From NCBI GenBank assembly GCA_002269645.1, contig NIVC01001654.1, positions 62,001 to 126,000 on the forward strand: a stretch of 64,000 bases of DNA. The letters run 5' to 3'. The notes under the pieces were generated by a model. It had not been told where the DNA came from, did not search any database, and saw only the letters and a program-made list of their open reading frames with translations. Source of the stretch: Macrostomum lignano. Lineage: Eukaryota. Within the stretch, counting starts at the first letter, position 1. Every line of letters starts with the position of its first letter. Positions 1-11,200 of the stretch are shown here, piece by piece. A program made the translations under genes and the position numbers.

Positions 1-3000
1 CAAGCATGAAAAATAATAAAAAATTGACAAAATGATAAAATGAGAAATAGGATAAGGAAAAAGGCTTAAATTTAACAATAACCCTCTTAAGATATAAATT
101 ATTGAAAAAAACTTGTAAATTTAGTAGGGTCTAGTAGGCCTATGCTACCTAGTAGGCTAGTAGTAGTAGGCTGCGAGGCCCTAGTACATAGTTTTAATAG
201 GAATTTAGGTCTATTAAGCTCAATTCAAATAGCTGTTGTTAGCTGGGTCTGTTTCTCCTTTGCAAAATAATTTATCAAAAACAAAATTATTTTATATAAA
301 TCAATTTTACAAATAATTACACTATAGGGGGCCTAGCCTAGGGTAGGCCTTACTTTTGTGTATTGTATTGCTTTTTGCTATAATCTATACAGTACAGCTA
401 CAGGCAAGCATAGCAAACCAAACGTCGAAAAAATGAAGAATAAAACAGTAAACCGTTTTAAAAGTCATTTAAGCCTGTGGAATTGATTGTTAATGATTTT
501 GACAGTTACTTGCCGCCTTCTTCACTAAAGTGTTGAAAGCGGAACTTTCCAGGGTTAAAAAATCCCAATGAAAAATAAACGAAAAATAAAGTTCGTCTGC
601 CGCTATTTTTACAATTATCGCCCGCTTGTGCGTTTTATACGAACAATGAAATTTATCTTCTTATAACTGTATAACTTGAGAGTTATAAATATTGTTAATT
701 CATCAGGAAATTATCACGTTCGATCACAGCTGTCAAAAAAAGCATTGCGTTAACTAATTTTACCACTCGCTGGGGAGATGCGTCACTGCAAGCCCGAAAT
801 ATCCCAAACAGGAAATAGAAATATCATAACTCCAAAACTTCTTGCAACGTCCAAATAATCCCGAAAACCAAAACTGCTGGGCGTTGCTAGAGCTTTAGGA
901 GTTAGGGGGTTTGTGATTTTTCAGGTTTGTGATATTTTGGGTTGTCAACGGCGACTGCTTGCTTGAACATTATGACTTACATATCTTTATTTACTTGTAC
1001 TTTTTGTACATGTACATGTACACTTATAGGCATGTACACTTAACTGTGCCTTGGGGTTGGCCTTCAAGGGCATTAATTTCACAAGCAGACCCAAGCCGAG
1101 ATTCCAATTTGGCCCCATGTAAATGCACTTGAATGTCTGAATATAAAAGCTGTAAGGGATCGACCGGAGAGCCCACTGGCACCAATTAAAAAGAGCGCGT
1201 TAGACCACGACATGCCCCCTTTCATATTCTTTCGCAACAATACTTTTGTTCGCTGATTTAACCTATTAAAAATAGTATCATCTTTTAGGAACACTAGATA
1301 AGAAAATGAGGTATATCACGACATTTTTACTGATCTAAACTACATGTAGATTCAACAGCTTTCGAGCCAAATCTAAAAAAATATGTAAAGGCGCAATGAA
1401 CATACCTGACCTGCATGTAGAGTAGTAAATTAATTAACTTTTATGTTTTTTCAAACACTTATATAGCTTATAATATAAAAGTATTTTCACATGACACACA
1501 GTGATGACGAAAATCTTTTGTTAATAATTAGATCCTTCCTCTGAAAGGCTCTAGCTGTACATGCATGTACCTTACGCATGTCATTTTTATCGAACATGCT
1601 GTACATGTACTTCTTTGTAAAGCTAGATCTAGCCATTTTGCCGAGTTGTTTATAGATCTTGATGTCAACCCACTTTAACCTAGCTGCCACTTGACGCCTG
1701 CAAAGATCGTCAGGAAAGCTATCTTCTCGATCTCGGCTTTAGTATTTTAATTGCTTTACATTTGCTTACTTTTACATTATATTAAACAAAAATTTATGTA
1801 TAATCATATCATGCTTGAAACACGGACTACTTAATTGTCGTTTATATAGGACGCAACACGCACGATTCGTGTAATTTTTTTTGGAGGCTGAATTTCCCTT
1901 AGCGTATACTATAGATTTAGCAGGGCATTGAAATGTTTTTATCATAGAATGCAGATCTTTTTAGTTTTTAGAGTGTTTTTTGTTTTTGTCCCATTTTTTA
2001 TCAATACATAATTTCCGTCTAGCTTAGTACCTTCTATCGAACATTCTATCGAAGCTTGGATGTCAAAAACGACCTTAAAATGAGTTGAAGCATGCATGCA
2101 TTGAAAATTAAAAGTAACCTTTCAAGCCGTCATTTTCTTTTGAGTAGTATGAGCTACATGTAGTTATCGAAACTGACATGCATATGTTGTACGAGTACAT
2201 GGATGCATACTTTAGACTGCGCCGTCCTTTTAGTTTTAATTTGAACTCGCCGCCACCATTCATGACTTTTGAATCATTATACTAGATTTACACGCCTGAA
2301 AACGAGAAATAAATAGACTTGAAACTGCTTTTAATCCAAAGCAGACATATAGCACATCTTTATGGTACGAGCTAGCTTTTAACTTTGCAAATATAAAGGC
2401 TAGCGCTATTAGGAGTTTTTCGAGCAGAAGGGCTTTTCTGATAACTAAAAAAACGCAAAGGTTCCATCGCTTCCCACAAAAGCGACTAATTGGCCAACTA
2501 CCTCGTAGATGGGATGGGCTTAGCCCACTGGATGACTAATTACCCTACTCAATGGCTTAACCTACCTACCTACGATAAATGAGACTCAGATAAAGATTTG
2601 TCGCTGCAACAATCTTATGCCTGGTCAAAATTTCTTCAGTACGAACGTATATCATACGAGAGTATTGTTAAGTAGTCCTTGGCAGCGACCTGCCAGATTG
2701 AAGGCTTCTCAGACGTACCATCGTGTAGGTGTTTCTGTCCGGCACTGTGAAAGGGCACAGAAGTTAAGCATTATCATTGGTGAATGTTCAGCTGTCCCAA
2801 TAGTTCATCAATCGGTTGATGGTCAGGATGCTACAGTATGTAGCACAGATGTTTATCGTGTTCAACTCTCATTGGCAGAAGCCCTTTCAAAATCATAACA
2901 GTGTGAGACGGAATTTTTGCGGGCTCCTAGTTAGGGTTCCTTAATTGCATTACTAAATCACTAAAGACATAGGATTAACTTCTACGCTAGGGATCGATTG

Positions 3001-3496
3001 ATCGTTGGGGGGTTGCTATTGTTGAGCATGTTTGCGTGTTTTACAACTCACCAGGGTAACTCAGAGCGAACACCGAATTGCGCAATGTCCCTCCGCATTT
3101 CTGCAGCTGATTTCCCGAGCAGTGATGGTCGCAGTCGCTCTCGTTGGCGTTTCCGTATAGAGCCCGAAAGCTGCAGAACTCGTGAGAAGCTTAGCTCTGC
3201 CGGTGTACGAAACAGCCCAGGTACCTTGGACGAATCTGCAAGAAACGCAGGTGAGAAGAGAGAAAAACAAAACGGACAGTCGTATTGGGCGAATCATTTG
3301 TTAAAACTGCTTGCTAATTGAAGACTGGAGTATCAAACGCTAGTGACAGGTAATGCTCTTAGTTTTGTAGTCTCAAACCTGCTTGTTTCAGGCCAATAGC
3401 GTTGAGCCAATTATTTGAAAAGGTAAGTTTGCTTCGTCCAATCGGGTTTAAGACATTTAACTGGTTTAATGTACACATGTCATCGTATGTTCAACA

Positions 3497-3720
3497 GTTA
3501 TTGCCAAGTGGTTAGAGCGTCGGACGCAACGACTGAAAGGTCGGGGATTCGGCACAAGACACAATTTGTCTCCTTGAGCAAAACACTTACCTCTGCATTT
3601 TTCTGTTTTCCAAACTGCAAAATGGGTGCCGCCAGCATTAGCTGGGGTAATTGAGGGTGTGTGTGGCGACTCCCCCCCCCCAGTCTTTGGACTAAACAGC
3701 CGTTTACAGCCGATTAAACA
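3497..3720 (+). mobile_element. tRNA-derived SINE copy
   Basis: A-box-like GTGGTTAGAGCGTCGG head followed by body TTTGTCTCCTTGAGCAAAACACTT...GCCAGCATTAGCTGGGGTAATTGAGGGTGTGTGTGGCGAC; the same body recurs at about 13490-13625, 22870-22998, 30260-30388, 46612-46860 and 57130-57190. Ends approximate. Confidence 0.7.
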
Positions 3721-3874
3721 ATTTTTGGAAGTTAAGTAGCAAAGAACGCAAATTTTACTATTCACAAACATCAGTAGTATACTATAAGTTGGATACCTAG
3801 CTTCCAATATACCTAACATACGTACTTCCGATCAAGGACAACAAAAGCAACGTACATGTATATACAGAACGTGA

Positions 3875-4934
3875 CACTCGCGTTTCATGGTAAAAGTTTT
3901 GAAGGCCACTTTTCGCCGAAAAGTATACTACGAAGATAGGAAGGTTATTTTTGTCACAAAAATTGTTATTGCTTTCGATAGGAGGCAGACCAAATGCTCA
4001 TATTGTGATATGTTCTGCCTTTAATCTTATAGCTCTACTGATATTCATAAAGATTTTCGATCCGAAATTAGGGTTCTAAGTTAATTTTCATTCTACGTAC
4101 AATTGCATATGTCCTGTGCCTAAAACAACAACAACAACAGAGTACGCTGCCAGTTCGCAAAAGCAGCGTCAGATGGCGCGCTTCGAAGCTTGGGCGCGAA
4201 CAAAGGCCGCACCGCCGGCAGAGTCCGGGGCGCCGGCGTCAGCCAGCAGACAGTCGACGTAGCGCCGAGTCCTCGCCTGTCCCCGCCGGTAGGGTGCCTG
4301 CAACGTAAGTAGCAGCACCTCCTGCACCGGCTCCGGACAGTAGGCCTCGGCGCGGATGACGTGGCCTGCCAGCTGGAGTCGCCGACGGCGCAGCAGATCG
4401 CTAGGACGGGCCAGGCCGGCGCGATGATAGAGCGCCGTGTTGGTGACTCGCTCGTTGCCGATCTTGAAGGCGGCGCGCAGCAGGCCAGCGTGTGCCGCGT
4501 CGACTTGACGTGGCTCACGACTTGACTCAGCGTGTGCCTAAAAACATTAAATGGCACGGCTCAGCTTATTTGTTCTTATGAATCTAATTTTTCATTCTTA
4601 GCTGACTGTATAACAATATGAGTAACAGAGATGATAAAATAGATTCACAAACCAAAGATTCGTGTTGCGCCATGCATTTTAATGATTTTTTAGGTGCAGG
4701 ATCGAAATGTACGTAGAAGAAAAATTTACATAGAATCTTAAGTTTCTGAACAAAACCTTTATAAATATCTTTAGAGCTATAAGAAAGGCACAGCATATCA
4801 AAAGATGAACATTGGATCTGCCTCCTATCGAAAGCAATAACAATTTTAGTGCTGATAAAATGAAAATTCCTATCTCTGTAGTGTATTTTTCGGCGAAAAG
4901 TGGCTTTCAAAACATTTACCATGGATTTCGAGTG
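3875..4934. mobile_element. Non-autonomous DNA element (MITE-like) with about 230-bp imperfect terminal inverted repeats, interrupted by a LINE fragment
   Basis: 3875-4100 (CACTCG..CATGGTAAAAGTTTTGAAGGCCACTTTTCGCCGAAAA..TTCTACGTAC) is the imperfect reverse complement of 4706-4934; a diverged uninterrupted copy lies at about 15070-15440. Confidence 0.7.
4126..4532 (-). mobile_element. 5'-truncated non-LTR retrotransposon (RTE/RTE-X-like) 3' end
   Basis: A minus frame not shown in the ORF track reads VDAAHAGLLRAAFKIGNERVTNTALYHRAGLARPSDLLRRRRLQLAGHVIRAE...RRGQARTRRYVDCL...KRAI*, resembling the RTE-clade post-RT C-terminus (R..RL.LAGH..R; RGR....Y.D). It has a (TTG)n tail at 4126-4140 and an 11-bp TSD TGTGCCTAAAA at 4115-4125 and 4533-4543. 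Confidence 0.8.
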
Positions 4935-5232
4935 AATTGCTTCCTTCTACTTTGCCTACTACATCACTACGTACCTTCATCCCTATCATAGCTATAGCTA
5001 CTGATTTGTGAGTACTATTATTTGCGTCTTTCGCTAAAAATTTGCTCAAAACGCATTAGTATCTGCAGCCCGAGTAATAAGTTTGTCTATGGCAATCAGC
5101 AAAGTTAAAGACATCAACTGTTATGCAGGTACGTGTATTCTTATAGATCAATTTGCATTGCTAGACGTATTTTTGAAGAAAAAAATCAACGATAAATATA
5201 TTATACTTTTTTAAGACAACAGACAGACTCAT

Positions 5233-8200
5233 ATGTTAAACATGAAACAAGTTTCGATGCTGTCTGCCTGTAAGATTCTACAGCCGCTAAAATGTTTTTC
5301 TGCATTTCTGGTCTGCCTATTGCTGATGGCACTACTGGCTCCAGCCAAGTCAGACATCTCTTACAGTGAGGCTGACAAAAAAGCTTTCGTTGACGTTCAC
5401 AACAAACTTCGGGGAAATGCCAAACCCGAAGCTGAAGCCATGAACGCTGTGGTAAGTCTAAATAGATTTACATAGATTTACATAGGTTTAAATATGTTTA
5501 TATATGTTTAAATAGGTTTAAATATGATTATTTTAAAGTAATTGTGTTTCAAATCACTATCAATATTAAATCCGTTCATAAGGATTAATAGAATTTGTTT
5601 CTCTGGACTACTTAGAGTTCTTTAAGTTTAGGGTTAGTTGTTTTAAGTAGTTTCAGTTTTAATAGGATCATAATTTCAATCTATGAATTAGGCCGTGTTT
5701 TTAATGGTTCTAATTTAAAGTTCGAGGGTGGGGAGAATCTTTACTTCATGGATATACGATTTGAACATTGAACCTGTTGATTTGGAATCATCGGTTATGA
5801 GAATGTGAATGAGAATGTGAATATGAATATGATTATGAATATGAATATGAATATGAATATGAATATGAATATGAATATGAATATGAATACGAATACGAAT
5901 ACGAATACGAATACGAATTTGAATGTGAATGTGAATGTGAATGTGAATGTGAATGTGAATGTGAATGTGAATATGAACATGAATATGAATATGAATATGA
6001 ATATGAATATGAATATGAATATGAATATGAATATGAATATGAATATGAATATGAATATGAATATGAATATGAATATGAATGCGAATACGAATACGAATAC
6101 GAATACGAATACGAATACGAATACGAATGTGATTGTAAATTTGAATGTGAATGTGAATGTGAATGTGCATGTGCATGTGCATGTGAATGTGAATATGAAT
6201 ATGAATATGAATATGAATATGAATATGAATATGAATATGAATGCGAATACGAATACGAATACGAATACGAATGTGATTGTAAATTTGAATGTGAATGTGA
6301 ATGTGAATGTGCATGTGCATGTGCATGTGCATGTGAATGTGAATGCGTATATGAATATGAATTTGAATGTGAATGTGAATGTGAATTTGAATGTGAATGT
6401 GAATGTGAATGTGAATGTGAATGTGAATGTGAATGTGAATGTGAATGTAAATGTGAATGTGAATGTGAATGTGTGCGAATATGAATATGAATATAAATGT
6501 GAATGTGAATGTGAATATGAATTTGAATATGAATTTGAATATGAATGTGAATGTAAATGTGAATATGAATGTGAATGTGAATGTGAATGTGAATATGAAT
6601 GTGAATGTGAATATGAATGTGAATGTGAATTCAAGCAGCATGCAGTTAATAGCAATAAAGATTACGACACAACCGGCGAGAGGCATTAATGCCGATTCCG
6701 CGGATTCACCTCGAGGGAGGCACAGCAGGCACACAAGCGCGCGGATACGTACGCAGTCATACGCACAGACACACGCTCACACAGGAGTGTACAGCGGCCC
6801 TATTCGTAGCTTTATTTATCAGTTAGGCATAACTGTGCCCTGGGGGTTGGCACTCAAAGGCAAGGGCGTTAATTGCACGAGCAGAGCCAAGCTGAGTTCC
6901 AAATTGGGCCCAAAATGTTTTATATGATATGCATTTTTGTTTTAAATGTTTGTGTTTTTCATTGTGCATCTTTTAAATTAGATGGTGTCTCGCTTATGTT
7001 TGACATGAAAATTCTTTTTTGTTTTGGTTGTATGATGTTTCGTTTATGTTTTACAGGACGTTTTGTTTGACATGATTAATGTGAATGGAATCGAGCCTGG
7101 GCCGCTAGCATGTAACCACGCACTTTGTTGGGGGAGGCAACAAAGAAATAAATTCCAATTAATTTTAGTTACGCAACGATAAGGTTCTGTTGTTTGGGCG
7201 AATCTGGTATCTAGAGGAGGAGGGTCGTCCTTTGTTAGGATTAGTTAGGGACTTCTTTAAACTTAGGAATGACTTCTTCATCTTGATAAAATATATTCAG
7301 CAACGTTGAAAAGTCGCCACTCTATGCGCCAGTGAGAAATTTCTCTTGGACTACGAGTATTTCTGAAAAATAAAAGATACGAGAAAACTGATCGGGGTAG
7401 CTTTAATCCGTCCAATCCTCGCACTCCGCTCCCCCACTTCATTCCTCAACTCAAGTCTGCCGCACTGCGTAGCTAAGTTGCGTCAATCGCAAATATTGAG
7501 AGACTTTACCTGCACTCTCAAAAGTGGCTAAAGTGTCTAGTGTCTACACGCACAAACTCCCACTTCCCCGACCTCAAGCCTGGGAACAGAATTAAGTGAT
7601 CACTTACTGGTATGGGCTCCTCTTCTTTGTCGAGCAGGTCCATAGAGCTCGTCTCCTCAATTCATTCTTCCTCCGGAGTAGTCTTCTTGAATTCTAAAGT
7701 CGGCCGAATATAAGAGCGTAAAAATTTATTTCGTCGACGTCAGTGTATTCCTCGAGTTCAGTAATCCAATGTATTCCTCGAATTCAGTAATCCAATGTAT
7801 TCCTCGAGTTCAGTAATCCAATGTATTCCTCGAGTTTAGTAATCCAATATATTCCTCGAGTTCAGTAATCCAATGTATTCCTCGAGTTTAGTAATCCAAT
7901 ATATTCCTCGAGTTCAGTAATCCAATGTATTCCTCGAGTTCAGTAATCCAATGTATTCCTCGAGTTTAGTAATCCAATATATTCCTCGAGTTCAGTAATC
8001 CAATGTATTCCTCGAGTTCAGTAATCCAATGTATTCCTCGAGTTCAGTAATCCAATGTATTCCTCGAGTTCAGTAATCCAATGTATTCCTCGAATTCAGT
8101 AATCCAATGTATTCCTCGAGTTCAGTAATGCAATTTATTCCTCGAATTCAGTAATCCAATGTATTCCTCGAGTTCAGTAGTGCAATTTATTTCTCGAATT

Positions 8201-11200
8201 CAAAATCAAAGATGCGTCCTAATAGCAAAGTCAACACTATAAACAATGGCGAGGTCCTCCAGGAAGAAGGGCGTCTTCTTCTATAAATAACAGAATCAGA
8301 ATCGTGTGTCCTTATCTGTTCCTCTAGGGTACCAAAATCAATCAATCAATAATCGTCAAAGAGTATCAGAATCGGCCCGTAGATCCTATCCAATCTCTTA
8401 GGAATAGGGAGGCCTAAAATAAAAAACACAATAAAAAACATTTGATCAGTAACGGCCGGCAATAACACAGCTTTCAATAATCAAATGAAGACTCTGACAA
8501 AAGGATTACTAATTGGTTTTTGTCTACCTCAGAGACATAGCCTCGTTTGGCTACTCTAGCAAAGCTCAAGATCTCTTGAAGCTGCTCCGAGTCTGAGGTT
8601 TCAGCTCGGATTTTTCGCTTGTATTTATACACAATTCAAGTCGACCTCGAGCCCCAAAACGGTTTTATTGATGAGGTCAAGAAATGAATTTTGTCCTTTG
8701 ACCGGTGTGGTTTCCTAATAGAAAAGGGTGAGACTTGGGACGCATTTGAATGAGCACTCGCTGTTTTCGTGATATTATTCAATAATAGTATTTATAAAGA
8801 ATAGATAGAATATGACGCATACTATTTTTATTTTTGCTTTCATATATTTTTATCTTAATGACTACTTTTAGTAGTCTGGCTAAGTTTGGGGATCTCTACA
8901 GTACATTCAGAACTAGATAAAAACTCGAGGGTCGAGACTAGATCACTTCGATAATTTTCATAATTTTTCCTGCAGAAGTGGAGCGCCGAGTTGGAGTGCC
9001 TGGCAATCAAGGCTGCTTACACATGTGTCTTTGAGCACAGCGCTGGCAGCGAGTACCAAAACAAAGGAGAAAATATCTATGAAGGATCTAACAGTTCTCC
9101 AAAATACGTAGTGACAAAGTGGCACAATGAGACGCATCACTATGACCACAACACGGGAAAATGCAAACCTGGTAAGGGATGCGGCCACTATACTCAAGTG
9201 ATGACTGCCGCCGTGCTGGAAATTGGATGCGGTATTAAACGCGGCTGTGGCGGTAGCGACTTGGTGTTCTGCGTATACAGTCACGGGTAAGACGGCCTCT
9301 TAAATGCATCTTTCTTCTGTTTGGCTCGATTTTCTAATTGATATCTTTAACTGTGTTGGTTCGATTAGTTGTGTAGTGATCCGCTAGTTGGTGTTAGGCG
9401 TCGCACTTTGTCAGCAGTCGCCCTTGCCCTCGCCCTCGCCCTGGGTTGCTGTCTGCCGCTGGTCAGCTTCCCGCCCCCCTTGGCCCGTCTGTTGCTGCCC
9501 TTAGCCTGTTCTGCCCTTCTGCGTCTCTGTTCTCAGCTCTCAGCTTCTCTGCTGTGGGCTGTCTCTGTTTCGTTCCCGTCCCGTTTTCCTCTGCGTTCTT
9601 CGAGTCCTAAAGTGCAGTAAACATGTTTGCTGCACTCGTTGGCCCTATTTACCGGGAGAATCACGTGCTTTCGGACCCCTCCCTTCTCTAAGGAGAGGAG
9701 TGACTCATGTTGCTAAAAATAGCAACTGAGTCACAGCCGCGTGTACTCTGGCCGGAGACCTCAAGTGACGTCAGTTCTAAAAATAGAACGAGTCACGAGG
9801 TCTTGCGCGCACTGAGACCCTGCCTCGAGATCTCAAGTGACGTCAGTTCTAAAAATAGAACAAGTCACGAGGTCTTGTGCGTGGGTGTTTCCCGGTTATA
9901 AATAGGACCCCTCTCCCCTTGTTTCCGTCAAGGAGGCTTCTTATCTGCGGAGAATTCACTAAGATCCCGTGTGCGTCAGTGTCTAACTAAGTGCCCTTTG
10001 CGTACTGAATCCGTTTGTACTGGTCTGACTGAGACCCCACTAAAGCCCAAGCCTAAGGGAGGCTAACACTGCCTTCCCAGCCACCCCTGAGCCCGGCGGG
10101 GATCTGCTGATCAGGACGCCTTGTTCATTAATCTGCAAATCTGCACGCTGTGCTGAGTTCGTTGACTTGTTTATTTCGTTCCGACGGGAAGCTCACCTCA
10201 TCGAGGGCCGAGACCTGAAGGAACTGGTGACAGCACTACCTACGCTACTGAGAGTTGAGAGAACTTCCCAAGAAGAAGAGGCCGAGGTTTAAGGTAATCC
10301 GCAAGGGCCTAATCCGGGAAGCAAATAGCTTGTACTTCACTGGTGGCAGCGGTGGGATTCAAAGACCTACCAGGCCACCCCGAGACAACCATAAGCACTT
10401 CAGTTGTCAGTTGTCTGTGAGGTTCTACAGCTTATTGTCAATGCTGTTAAAAGCTTGTTGCTTTATTTTTGTTTTTTTGTGTAGCTTAGCATTCCTTCGG
10501 TTTACGATCACGTAAATTTCCATTTCAGCGATAATGGCCCGATCGAAAATTGAAAAACCGGGCAGATTTGGTTCACTAGAGAAACTGAACGATATGGAAA
10601 ACCTAGTGTCTCGTGTCCTATATATCCACTTTGGTTTACGATCATTTAAATGCAAGCAATATATGTAAAGGATCGTGAACCGAAGCTAGCATGTATCGAG
10701 ATAGTGATCGATTTCAGGTAATGCTTGTAGAACACCAAAACACCGTTACAAACGCGATAGCTTCGCTTCGCTTTGTAAACCGAATTGGATATCGGATCGT
10801 CTTCATGGATTTGCTTTTTGGATTTTTGAAAACTGTGAAATCGATCACTAAAACCCTTTACCTTCGGTTTTTTATTTGCAACGTGAAGTGATAGTGTTAT
10901 GATGTGGATAAAGAATAAGGATCGGAGTGCTTGTCAATTGTTGGTTTGCATTTTGATAAAAAAACAACATTTTTGTCGCTTCCCTATCTCTCTAATGGGG
11001 ATTGAAACGCTACTCGCTCGGGAATTTCACACGAGGCCTCGTGCATAGTTTCCAGACTAAACTTTAGCAATTAGCTAAATCTGCAATCTGACATAATAAC
11101 TATTCAAATGGGCCTACATCAGGTAATAACGTGTAGTTCTATGTCACTAATATTGCTCATCCACAGAAACGGAATATACAAACAGGGCCCGAAATGCTCC

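Noticed and set aside
2600-2900. Possible hAT-like fragment (WQVAAKDYLTIL on the minus strand)
   Set aside because: Too short and stop-riddled, with no TIRs or TSD found.
4120-4557. 145-aa ORF listed in the track
   Set aside because: Wrong frame; the LINE-like peptide lies in a different minus-strand frame lacking a start codon.
5715-6927. Long ORFs (339, 286, 294 aa) rich in HI/FT/NM/NV
   Set aside because: Translations of a stop-free hexamer microsatellite, open in many frames on both strands, inside a GT-AG intron.
7745-8200. CRISPR-like appearance of the 26-41 bp arrays (also 54470-55101 and 59526-60483)
   Set aside because: Units are head-to-tail with no unique spacers, there are no cas genes, and the context is eukaryotic.
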